From assembly GCA_963849505.1 (NCBI GenBank), contig CAWKHY010000003.1, positions 6,096 to 70,095 on the forward strand: a stretch of DNA of 64,000 nucleotides. The letters run 5' to 3'. The notes beneath the pieces are model-generated. The model saw nothing but the letters and a program-made list of their open reading frames with translations, ran no database searches and was not told the DNA's origin. Both the position numbers and the translations under genes were made by a program. The DNA comes from an uncultured Acidobacteriaceae bacterium. GTDB taxonomy: Bacteria > Acidobacteriota > Terriglobia > Terriglobales > Acidobacteriaceae. Below, piece after piece: positions 34,582 to 43,667 of this stretch (positions are counted from its first letter, which is position 1; every line of letters starts with the position of its first letter).

Positions 34582-37313
34582 CTGGTGGTGGCCAGGTGAA
34601 CGATAAGCTTTGGCGCCGGATCCCGCCGTTGGGAATGCTCGCCTTGGCGGCCTTCGTCATCTGCGCGGTCACCGGTATCATGCTCGTACCCGCCTACAAG
34701 CCAAGTACACCGTTCGACTCGCTTGCTCTCCTGCTGCTGAAAAACCCCACCGGCGTTTTCGTCCGAAGCCTGCACTATTGGTCCGCACAGGCATTCTTTG
34801 CTTTCACGCTCGCACACATCGTGGATCATTTGCTTCGGAGCAGCGAGGTAAAGGTGCGCTTCGGCATCTGGCTCCGGCTCGGTCTTACTGTTCCGGTGAT
34901 TGTCGCCAGCATGCTCTCTGGCTTTCTTCTGCGCGGGGACGGAGCGGCTGTCCAGGCTTTGCCGATTCTGCGAACTCTCCTTGGCTTTGTTCCTTTGATC
35001 GGGGCAGCGCTCCCACGCTTGTTGACGGGTGCAGGCTCCGATCTCTCCACCATCTATCTTCATCACGCCTGTACAGCGACGCTCGTGATATGGCTGGTCA
35101 CGGTCGAGCACTCGCGGCGCATTGTGCCGGGAGCACGAGAGGTCTGGTGGACACTTCCGGTGGTGTTGTTGCCATCGTTGTTCCTCGTCCCGGGACTGGA
35201 ATGGCGTTCCTCGGAGGTTGAATTAGGGCCGTGGTACCTGGTCGGCTTGCAGGAGTTGCTGCGATGGTTGCCCCAACCCCGGGTAGCCGTCTGGCTCACG
35301 TTGGCCATTCTGCTTTCGCTGATCTTGTTGCCTAAATTGTTCCAGCCGCTGCGCTCCCGGCTCAAATGGACGATGGCTCTCGCGGTTCTTGCTTATACGG
35401 CTCTTACGACTGTGGGATTTGGCTTTCACGATAGCGGGCGGAGCTTGAGAATGCCCCTCAAGCTCTCAACTGCTCAGCTGAATTTTCTTTCATTTAGAGC
35501 CTACTATCCGCCCGATACATCACTCATAAATCAGGTCGTGCCGTCGATCGCAGGTCAGCGGGAGGGATGCCTCGCCTGTCATCAAAAAGTCTCCGGATTT
35601 TCGGCCGCGCACGATCCGCAATTGATCGGATGCGCTGCGTGCCACCTGGGGAACCCGCTCACTCTCAACAAAGCTCTCGCCCATTCGGGCATGACGCTCA
35701 CTCCGGGAAACTTATCCTTTGTCAATCAGACTTGCGGTACTTCAAACTGTCATGGCGGGGTGGCAGACCGGGTGCGTGGGTCGCTGATGAACACGATGAG
35801 TGGCGTAGTGGCGGTGGACAAATTCGTTTTCCGCGAGAGCATCGATCTGGATTCCCGGTTCGACGTTGCCGCCTTGAAGCATTCGCCAGCAGACACGCAT
35901 CTGCGCAATCTTTGCGCCTCTTGCCATTTGGGACAGAATAAGCCGCATCCTGGACCCATCGACGAATCGAGTCGGGGCGGCGGTTGCTCCGCATGTCATC
36001 TTCGATACGATCCCGCCGCAATAGCGGACCTGCAGCGCCCAGCAGGAGCGTCAGCGCTGCTGCACCACCCGGATATCTCAGTGGACGTGCCGAAACAAGC
36101 ATGCTTCGGATGCCACAGCCGATCCGGTCGCATCGCTACCAATTATGAGGGCTGGCATGAAACGCTGTTGGACGAAGCCTCGGTGAAGACCATGCCCGGC
36201 TTACCCAGTCAGTTTCGCCAACTGGCCGATGGGCGAATTTTTACAAAGCGTCCCGCTGACGTTCACTTTGAAAAAGGGATGACTTGCGTTGACTGCCACG
36301 TGGCTACCGAAGTCATGGGTGACGGCACGGCACACTCGCACGAGGGAAATGCGATCAAAATTGCCTGCATTGACTGTCACGCGACCGGGGCGACGGTTGC
36401 AGTGGAATTTGCACGACTGGATGCCGAGACGCAGGAAATCATTGCTTTGCGAAAGCTGAACGAGCCGGGAAGGGAATTCGTGGTCTCACAATCCGGCTCC
36501 GTCGCGTACCCGAATGTTTTCCTGGATGCCGACGGCCGTCCAGTGCTGGCAGTGAAAGGATCGGCAAAACTCCTGAAGCCCCGGCCCGCCGCATCCGTTT
36601 GCGCTCGCGCCGGTTCAGTTCACCAGCGACTGGACTGCGGCGCGTGCCATAGCGCGTGGGCGCCGCAGTGCATCAATTGCCATACCTCTTTCGACCCTGC
36701 CGCGCAGGGCTGGGATCATCTGGACGAGAAATTCGTCAACGGCGTTTGGCAGGAGCAGGCAACGGATTATCTGGGAGATGCTCCCGCACTCGGGGTCGAC
36801 CGCGTCAGAGCGCCAAATGGTAAAACTGCGGAACACATCACTACTTTCGTTCCGGGAATGATTCTGAGTCTCGAACTACCGAATGGAAGGAATCAATTTC
36901 ACCGGCTATTTGCGCCGACATCTCCACACACTACCGTCACCAAGGCCAGAGACTGCGGTTCCTGCCACGCGAATCCAGTGGCTTTGGGCTATGGCCGCGG
37001 GACTCTGACGTATGTGGTCACAGGCAATACGAGGGAGTGGCGATTCAAACCGGCATTTTCCGCTAGCCGCCAGGATGGACTGCCGTCGGATGCCTGGATT
37101 GGATTCCTGCAGGAGCCGGCGAACCAGTCGACGACGCGCAAGGACGCCCGTCCTTTCACATTGCACGAGCAGCAAAGGATTCTACTGGTGGGGGCTTGCC
37201 TCGAGTGCCACAACGAAAAGGATCGTCGCCTCGCTCGTGTATTCGAAGATTTCAAAAACTACCGCGCCGCCCTGAGCCGAAAATGCCGAATTCCGGTCTG
37301 GGCCGTCGATTAA
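34578..37313 (+). CDS. Cytochrome b6 + subunit-IV-like membrane domain (7 TM) fused to a 12-haem c-type cytochrome domain
   Basis: Haem-b ligand pairs are H66/H80 (13 residues between) and H163/H178 (14 between, b6-type). Also present are VTGIML in helix A, RSLHYWSA, and GPWY at 217-220 in place of PEWY. There are seven hydrophobic helices. From aa 331 on come 11 CxxCH motifs (CLACH, CAACH, CASCH, CSACH, CFGCH, CVDCH, CIDCH, CGACH, CINCH, CGSCH, CLECH) plus one CGTSNCH (Cx4CH). Confidence 0.85.
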   Translation: MTGGGQVNDKLWRRIPPLGMLALAAFVICAVTGIMLVPAYKPSTPFDSLALLLLKNPTGVFVRSLHYWSAQAFFAFTLAHIVDHLLRSSEVKVRFGIWLRLGLTVPVIVASMLSGFLLRGDGAAVQALPILRTLLGFVPLIGAALPRLLTGAGSDLSTIYLHHACTATLVIWLVTVEHSRRIVPGAREVWWTLPVVLLPSLFLVPGLEWRSSEVELGPWYLVGLQELLRWLPQPRVAVWLTLAILLSLILLPKLFQPLRSRLKWTMALAVLAYTALTTVGFGFHDSGRSLRMPLKLSTAQLNFLSFRAYYPPDTSLINQVVPSIAGQREGCLACHQKVSGFSAAHDPQLIGCAACHLGNPLTLNKALAHSGMTLTPGNLSFVNQTCGTSNCHGGVADRVRGSLMNTMSGVVAVDKFVFRESIDLDSRFDVAALKHSPADTHLRNLCASCHLGQNKPHPGPIDESSRGGGCSACHLRYDPAAIADLQRPAGASALLHHPDISVDVPKQACFGCHSRSGRIATNYEGWHETLLDEASVKTMPGLPSQFRQLADGRIFTKRPADVHFEKGMTCVDCHVATEVMGDGTAHSHEGNAIKIACIDCHATGATVAVEFARLDAETQEIIALRKLNEPGREFVVSQSGSVAYPNVFLDADGRPVLAVKGSAKLLKPRPAASVCARAGSVHQRLDCGACHSAWAPQCINCHTSFDPAAQGWDHLDEKFVNGVWQEQATDYLGDAPALGVDRVRAPNGKTAEHITTFVPGMILSLELPNGRNQFHRLFAPTSPHTTVTKARDCGSCHANPVALGYGRGTLTYVVTGNTREWRFKPAFSASRQDGLPSDAWIGFLQEPANQSTTRKDARPFTLHEQQRILLVGACLECHNEKDRRLARVFEDFKNYRAALSRKCRIPVWAVD

Positions 37314-37428
37314 AGGGATGCGCGGGTTTCCTCCTGAGTAAATCCCGAAGATTCCTCAACAAAGGTGATGCAGGTCACTGTGTGCAGTTTACACCTACGT
37401 GTATCTCTGTCAGTGGAGAATGGCTGAC

Positions 37429-39617
37429 ATGCACAACCTGTCTCGCCGGCGTTTCTTGAAGATTACCGCGGGCACCCTGGCTGCGGTGGGCGCGCTCGAC
37501 GGCGCTGGCCGGGTGTTGGCGGGAACCGGCAAGTCGGCGCAAAGCGGCCTGCGGGCTGTTCCAACCTTTTGCGACATCTGTTTCTGGAAATGTGGCGCAA
37601 TCGCTACTGTTCGTGATGGCCAGCTCTGGAAGATTGAAGGTAATCCGCTCGATCCGCTCTCCCGTGGACGTCTCTGTCCTCGCGGCACTGGAGGCGTTGC
37701 TGCGCATTCTGATCCGGATCGTTTGCGGACGCCGCTCATCCGCGTGAGTGAGCGCGGCGAGGAAAAATGGAAGGCTGTGTCTTGGGACGAAGCGCTGACC
37801 TTCACTGCGGAGAAAATGCAGAAGATCAAGGCAGACTATGGCCCTGAATCCTTTGCCGCGTTTATTCACGGGCTCGGCGGTACGTTCTTGAAACACACTC
37901 TCAAGGCGTATGGCGCGATCAACATTGCTGCACCTTCATTTGCGCAATGCCGCGGCCCGCGCGACGTTGGTTTCCGGCTTACTTATGGTGACGACGTGGG
38001 CTCGCCGGAGCGGACGGACATTGAGAACGCGAAGTGTCTGGTGCTGATTGGCGCGCATCTCGGCGAGAACATGCACAACACCCAGGTGCAGGAATTCGCA
38101 ACCGCAGTCGAACGCGGCGCCAGCATTATCGTGGCGGATCCACGCTTCTCCGTTGCGGCCAGCAAGGCGAAATTCTATCTGCCGGTCAAGCCCGGCACTG
38201 ACCTCGCGCTGTTGCTCGCCTGGATGAACGTAATTGTTAGCGAGAACCTTTACGACAAGGATTACGTCATCAAGTACGGCTTCGGCTTCGAGCAGTTTGC
38301 CGCCGAAATTCAACCGTTCACGCCGGAATGGGCGTACCCGGAAACTGGTATTGATCCCGACATTATCCGCGCCACCGCACGCGAAATGGCGCGTTACCGT
38401 CCGGCCACCCTGATTCATCCAGGCCGGCATTCGAACTGGTATGGCGACGACACCCAGCGAAGCCGTGCCATTGCTCTGCTCAATGGGCTCATGGGTAGTT
38501 GGGGTCGTAAGGGCGGCTTCTACGTACCATCAAGCATGGAAGTGCCAGCCTATCCGCACCTGCCTTATCCCAAGCCAGTCAGGCCCAAGGTTGACAATCC
38601 AGATAATAGGTTTCCTTTCGCGAACGAAGGCATCAGCACAGGCATTCGCGACGCTACGCTGACGGGCAAGCCATATCCAGTAAAAGGCTGGATGGTCTAT
38701 GCCACCAACCTGATGAACGCCCTGCCGAACCAGGCGGAAACCATTCGAGCCATCCAACAGCTTGATCTACTCGTAGTTGTCGATGTGATTCCCAGCGAGA
38801 TCGCCGGCTGGGCAGATGTCGTCCTACCCGAGTCTGTCTATCTCGAACGCTATGACGAGCTGAATCCAGAGCTGTTCAAGAAGCCGTTCATCGCGTTACG
38901 CCAACCGGTGGTCGAATCTCCGGCCGACCAGAAGCCGAATTGGTGGATCGCCAGGAAGCTGGCAGATAAACTCGGCCTCGGAGCCTACTATCCGTGGAAC
39001 GACATCGAGGAATACCTCGCGACTCGGCTCAGGGCCGGAGGCTATAGTTTTGACGATTTGAAACGCGATGGCATCCTGCCTGGCAAACAGCCGCCGATTT
39101 ATTTTGATGACGGCGCGCCCGCCGAATTCGATACACCGTCAAAAAAAATCGAATTCTATTCCACGCAGTTGCAGCAGGCCGGGTTTGATCCGGTGCCAAA
39201 ATACACGCGGCCTGAGCCAGGACCGCAGGGATCCTACCGGCTCCTATTTGGTCGCGCACCCATGCACTCTTTCAGCAGGACCCAAACCAATCGTCTTCTC
39301 TCCGATTTGATGAGCGAAAATTCCGTGTGGATCAACGCAAGGGAGGCCAGCCGCATCGGTTTGAAAAGCGGCGACTACGTTCGGCTGCGCAATCAGGACG
39401 GCATGGTGAGCAACCGCGTCCTCGTTAAAGCCACGGAGCGCATCCGGCCTGACTGCGTCTATATGGTGCACGGCTTCGGCCACACCTCCAAGGAGCTTCG
39501 CCACGCTTTCGGCAAAGGCGCCAGCGACGCGGGTTGATAACGCGCTACAAGACTGATCCGCTGATGGGCGGCACCGGCATGAATGTGAACTTCGTAACCG
39601 TTGAGATGGAGGCCTGA
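37429..39617 (+). CDS. Tat-exported molybdopterin (bis-PGD) oxidoreductase catalytic subunit, PsrA/PhsA-like; apparent -1 frameshift at about 39531
   Basis: Tat motif SRRRFLKITAG. FS0 motif CDICFWKC-x27-C. Candidate Mo-ligand region SFAQCRGPR. The annotated ORF stops at 39537 (GKGASDAG*). The family-typical C-terminus LITRYKTDPLMGGTGMNVNFVTVEMEA* continues in the -1 frame to 39617. One extra G in the GGG run at 39531-39533 would restore the frame. Confidence 0.85.
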
Positions 39618-39619
39618 CG

Positions 39620-40159
39620 ATGTCACGCTTTGTCATGGTGATTGATACCCGCAAATGCGTGGGCTGCCATGATTGCGTCGTAGCCTGCAAAACCGAGAAC
39701 GGCGTGCCGGAAGGCTACTGCCGCGATTGGATCAGCGAAGAGTTGCATGGTGCCTTTCCTACCGTGCAGCTTGAGATTCGCTCTGAGCGGTGCAATCATT
39801 GCGCAAATCCGCCCTGCGTGGATTGCTGCCCGACAGGCGCCAGCCACGTGCATGAGCGGGGCGGCGTGGTGCTCGTCACGCACGACAAATGTATCGGCTG
39901 CAAGGCCTGCCTGGCTGCGTGCCCCTATGACGCGCGCTTTATCCATCCGGATGGCTACGCGGATAAATGCACGTTTTGTATCCACCGCGTCGAACAAGGT
40001 TTCGACCCTGCCTGCGTTTCTGTCTGTCCGACACACTGTATGCACTTTGGCGACATCGATGATCCGGAAGCTGAAGTCAGCAGCCTGCTGAATTCGCGCC
40101 CTCATCACGCGCTGTTACCTGAAGTGGGAACCAAACCCTGCATCTTCTATTTGACTTGA
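39620..40159 (+). CDS. 4x[4Fe-4S] ferredoxin-type electron-transfer subunit (PsrB/NrfC/DmsB-like)
   Basis: Cys clusters CVGCHDCVVAC, CNHCANPPCVDCCP, CIGCKACLAACP and CTFC...CVSVCP. Confidence 0.9.
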   Translation: MSRFVMVIDTRKCVGCHDCVVACKTENGVPEGYCRDWISEELHGAFPTVQLEIRSERCNHCANPPCVDCCPTGASHVHERGGVVLVTHDKCIGCKACLAACPYDARFIHPDGYADKCTFCIHRVEQGFDPACVSVCPTHCMHFGDIDDPEAEVSSLLNSRPHHALLPEVGTKPCIFYLT

Positions 40160-40170
40160 GATGAATTCGG

Positions 40171-41220
40171 ATGAACATGATTGAACTGACTGTCTCGCGC
40201 CACAATCCGCTCGTTGATCCGTACCTCCATGTTTGGGAGTGGCAGATCCCCGTGTACCTATTCCTTGGCGGATTGGTGGCCGGACTCATGATCATCGCGG
40301 GCATCCGACTCCTCGCCTTCCGCCCGCAAAAACGGGAGGCGCTGGTCTGCTGCACGATCGGGCCGTTGATCGGTCTGGCACTTTTGAGCCTTGGCATGTT
40401 CGTGCTGTTTCTCGACCTCTCCCATAAACTCTATGTGTGGCGGCTGTATACCACCTTCGAAATCACCTCGCCGATGTCGTGGGGATCGTGGATCCTCCTG
40501 CTCGTATATCCCGCTCTGCTGGCCAACGCGCTGGCGCATCTGCCCGAAGCAATTCCTGCGCTGGCCAAACGCGTTCCGGTGTTATTTACATGGAGTGATT
40601 TTATTCTTGCGCGGGCCAGGTTGGTGTTGGCCATCGGGATTGCCAATATCGCCGTCGGCGTTGCGCTGGGCATCTACACGGGAATTTTGCTGGGCACACT
40701 CAGTGCTCGTCCTCTTTGGAATAGCGCTCTCCTCGGCCCGCTGTTTCTTGTTTCGGGACTTTCAACTGCGGCAGCCTTGTTGCACGGCATTCTGTTGCTC
40801 AACACACCCGACGAGGAACGCCCCGCCTTTGCCGACTTTCTGCTTTCGGCGCTTACCAGGCTGGCACAGGCGCGGCCACTTGATAAAAGCGTCGAACCCG
40901 TGATGGCCCGTGCTGACAACAGCTTCTTGACAATCGAACTGGCACTACTCGGCCTGTTCTTCATCGGCCAACTGAGTTCTTCCGCGGTTCACCAACAGGC
41001 TGCCACCCTTCTGTTGACCGGTTCCTACGCGGCAGTCTTTTGGGTTTTCGTTGTTGGAATGGGTATTGTTCTGCCGCTCTTGTTGCAATTTCTCGAACTT
41101 CACAACCGCATTCGTCATACCCTGGCACCAGCGGTGCTGGTAGTCTTTGGCGGAATCGCGCTCCGATTCATCCTCGTATACGCCGGCCAGGCAAGTAACT
41201 GGCTGCAGGCTTTGAACTAG
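40171..41220 (+). CDS. NrfD/PsrC-family integral membrane quinol-interacting subunit
   Basis: 349 aa with 8-10 TM helices. The N-terminal W-x-W-x-IP-x-YLFLGG motif (VWEWQIPVYLFLGG) is typical of the NrfD family. Confidence 0.85.
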   Translation: MNMIELTVSRHNPLVDPYLHVWEWQIPVYLFLGGLVAGLMIIAGIRLLAFRPQKREALVCCTIGPLIGLALLSLGMFVLFLDLSHKLYVWRLYTTFEITSPMSWGSWILLLVYPALLANALAHLPEAIPALAKRVPVLFTWSDFILARARLVLAIGIANIAVGVALGIYTGILLGTLSARPLWNSALLGPLFLVSGLSTAAALLHGILLLNTPDEERPAFADFLLSALTRLAQARPLDKSVEPVMARADNSFLTIELALLGLFFIGQLSSSAVHQQAATLLLTGSYAAVFWVFVVGMGIVLPLLLQFLELHNRIRHTLAPAVLVVFGGIALRFILVYAGQASNWLQALN

Positions 41221-41235
41221 AGAAATGGATATTCC

Positions 41236-41766
41236 ATGAGTAATGTTGAGCGATCTTCAAAACCATACTGGAATCCCTACCTGGCCGGATTCGGTCTCGG
41301 CCTGGTGCTGCTGGCATCGTTTGTGATCATGGGTCGCGGCCTCGGTGCGTCGGGAGCAATGACAACGGCAGTCGCAACCGCCGTGCACCATCTTGCCCCG
41401 ACTCATGCCGAGAACAATGCCTTCTATTCCGAATATCTGGGCGACGGCTCACGCAGCCCGCTCAAGGACTGGTTGATCTTCGAGGTGTTGGGCGTCTTCG
41501 TTGGCGGCTTTCTCTCTGGAGCGCTGGCCAATCGGTTGAGCTTCAAAGTTGAGAAAGGGCCACACATTACGACTCTGTGGCGCCTGATCTTCGCTTTTGT
41601 AGGTGGCGCTCTGATGGGCATCGGGGCAAAGATCGCGCTTGGCTGCACCAGTGGTCAAGCCCTAACCGGTGGCGCGTTGCTCAACGTTGGCAGTTGGGTC
41701 TTCATGATGTGCGTGTTCGGCGGCGCCTACGCTCTGGCCTATTTCTTTAGAAAGGAGTGGATCTGA
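41236..41766 (+). CDS. YeeE/YedE family sulfur-compound transport protein
   Basis: 176 aa membrane protein with the conserved GCTSGQ motif. Confidence 0.8.
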   Translation: MSNVERSSKPYWNPYLAGFGLGLVLLASFVIMGRGLGASGAMTTAVATAVHHLAPTHAENNAFYSEYLGDGSRSPLKDWLIFEVLGVFVGGFLSGALANRLSFKVEKGPHITTLWRLIFAFVGGALMGIGAKIALGCTSGQALTGGALLNVGSWVFMMCVFGGAYALAYFFRKEWI

Positions 41767-41767
41767 G

Positions 41768-43024
41768 ATGAACGCCCCTTTCTACAAATTTGGACTCTTC
41801 GGTGACGAAACCAGTCTCATCATCGCTTTTGCAATCGGTATTGGCTTCGGGTTTTTCCTTGAGCGTGCCGGCTTTGGCAGCGCGCGAAAACTCGCGGCGC
41901 AGTTCTATCTAACCGACTTGAGCGTTCTGAAAGTAATGTTCACGGCCATCATCACTGCGATGACGGGGCTTTATATGCTGTCGCGCCTGGGCTTGGTGGA
42001 CTTGTCACTCGTCTATCTTGTGCCGACATTTCTGGTGCCGCAGATTGTGGGCGGGCTCCTGCTCGGTGTCGGTTTCGTCATCGGTGGTTATTGTCCCGGC
42101 ACTTCGTGTGTTTCCGCCGCGACAGGCCGGATTGACGGCATGGTTTACTTGGCCGGAATCGTCGCTGGGCTATTAGGCTTTGCGGAGGTTTATCCCCATG
42201 TGCAAGGCCTCGTTCACGCCACGCCGATGGGACAGATCACGTTGCCTAAATTCTTCAATATTCCGTACGGCTTGCTCGTCTTCGCTGTCGTGCTCATGGC
42301 TCTGGGTGCATTTATGGCGGCAGAATGGGCTGAGAAAATGGTCGGAGGCAAAGAGCCAGACCCCAAGGGGTCGCTCATTGGCCAGCCGTGGCGGCTCACA
42401 CCCGTTCGCGTCCTCGCGTTGGGTCTGGCTGTTGTCGGGTTTGTTGCCGTCTTCGCAGGCGACCCTTATCGCGGTAGCCGTGTGACAATCGACACCAGGG
42501 ATCTGGCGATCCGAGCCGGTAAGGGCGCGGATTCAATCCAAGCGGGGCAGCTCGCGGACTGGATCATCCAAGGCCGCAACGATTTCAGGCTAGTCGACTT
42601 GCGGGACGCTACGCAATTTGCCATCTACCACATTCCCACAGCCCAAAATGTGCCGCTCGCATCTCTAGCACCCGATTTTGCGGCGCACAACGAGAAGATC
42701 ATTCTTTGCTCTGATGATGGGACGCAAGCTGCCAAAGCCTGGTTCCTACTTGAGGCGCAAGGTTTCAAATCCGTTTATCTGCTGGACGGCGGACTGCACA
42801 CATGGCAGGACGCGATTTTGTTTCCAAAGAAATCCGCCGACACCGATGCAGCCTCATTTGAAAGACGGGTGCAGATCGCGAAGTACTTCGGCGGCACACC
42901 ATCGGTGGACACCACTGCCGCCCCAGCATCCGCATTTCTGACGATGCCAAAACTGGTGCCACCGGCAAGTGCCGATACAGCCGTTTCAAAGTCGCAGCCC
43001 AAGAAGAAAAAGGAAGGTTGCTGA
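41768..43024 (+). CDS. YeeE/YedE family membrane domain fused to a C-terminal rhodanese domain
   Basis: The N-terminal half has GGYCPGTS. The C-terminal half (RLVDLRDATQFAIYHIPTAQNVP...KIILCSDDGTQAAKAWFLLEAQGFKSVYLLDGGLHTW) is rhodanese-like with a Cys active-site loop. Confidence 0.8.
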   Translation: MNAPFYKFGLFGDETSLIIAFAIGIGFGFFLERAGFGSARKLAAQFYLTDLSVLKVMFTAIITAMTGLYMLSRLGLVDLSLVYLVPTFLVPQIVGGLLLGVGFVIGGYCPGTSCVSAATGRIDGMVYLAGIVAGLLGFAEVYPHVQGLVHATPMGQITLPKFFNIPYGLLVFAVVLMALGAFMAAEWAEKMVGGKEPDPKGSLIGQPWRLTPVRVLALGLAVVGFVAVFAGDPYRGSRVTIDTRDLAIRAGKGADSIQAGQLADWIIQGRNDFRLVDLRDATQFAIYHIPTAQNVPLASLAPDFAAHNEKIILCSDDGTQAAKAWFLLEAQGFKSVYLLDGGLHTWQDAILFPKKSADTDAASFERRVQIAKYFGGTPSVDTTAAPASAFLTMPKLVPPASADTAVSKSQPKKKKEGC

Positions 43025-43171
43025 AACTCGCCATCGAAGGTTGTCCTCACAGTTGATGCGGCCAACCTGATTCGCAAAGCGCTTGTCGAGCGGATCAGCG
43101 AAAGAACCAGCAAGTATCCCGTATACAAGAATTCAAACGCGAAATTGTAGTTTCAGATATCAGGAGGAAAA

Positions 43172-43384
43172 ATGTCATTCAATGTCGGTGGTGTCGATCG
43201 CGCTGTGCGCGTTGTGATAGGGGTTGCACTCATTGCTGTTGCGTTCTTCCATGTCTTTACTGGAACCGTTGCTATCATCACGTACGTTGTAGCAGCAATC
43301 GCTCTAGTAACAGGTGCCTTCGGTTTCTGCCCGGCGTGGGCTCTATTCGGGATCAATACAAGGGCTGCAAGGGCCAACAGGTAG
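43172..43384 (+). CDS. DUF2892 (YgaP C-terminal-like) small membrane protein
   Basis: 70 aa with AGGAGG RBS. Contains N-terminal GGVDRAVRVVIG and C-terminal FGFCPAWALFGI. Confidence 0.8.
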   Translation: MSFNVGGVDRAVRVVIGVALIAVAFFHVFTGTVAIITYVVAAIALVTGAFGFCPAWALFGINTRAARANR

Positions 43385-43455
43385 AAGTCCGCGGACGAGT
43401 TTCAGGAGGAACGACGGCGCGCGCTCCGCGACCGACGACTGTTAAGGAGATCTGA

Positions 43456-43545
43456 ATGAAAGATATGCTGTCATTCGGCTTATTTGTGATCGCCTACCTG
43501 GTGATCACACAATGGTTATTGCCCAAGCTGGGAGTGCCAACCTGA
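43456..43545 (+). CDS. 29-aa single-TM peptide (MKDMLSFGLFVIAYLVITQWLLPKLGVPT)
   Basis: Below the ORF-track threshold. It has an AAGGAG RBS 6 nt upstream and is followed by the hairpin TCCGTCG-ggtct-CGACGGA. Confidence 0.35.
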   Translation: MKDMLSFGLFVIAYLVITQWLLPKLGVPT

Positions 43546-43667
43546 GGAAGCAAATGCTCCGTCGGGTCTCGACGGAATGAACGTCCTAAGTAAGCATGGC
43601 TGATGAAGCTCGTGCTGGGCAGAATTACACGCTGATTCGCGTGGTCAGTTAGAGAACGCCGACTAAC

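Noticed and set aside
37314-37428. A possible Moco riboswitch in the 115-nt gap before the molybdoenzyme gene (contains TTTCCTCCTGAG).
   Set aside because: I could not draw the conserved multi-stem Moco RNA architecture, and the resemblance is limited to a short CCUCC-like string. A covariance-model search would be needed.
37429-39617. Selenocysteine (in-frame TGA) decoding in the molybdoenzyme, prompted by the odd tRNA-like end at 1-76.
   Set aside because: The only TGA is at the C-terminal frameshift site, not at the Mo-ligand position, which encodes Cys (FAQCRGPR). No SECIS-like hairpin follows it.
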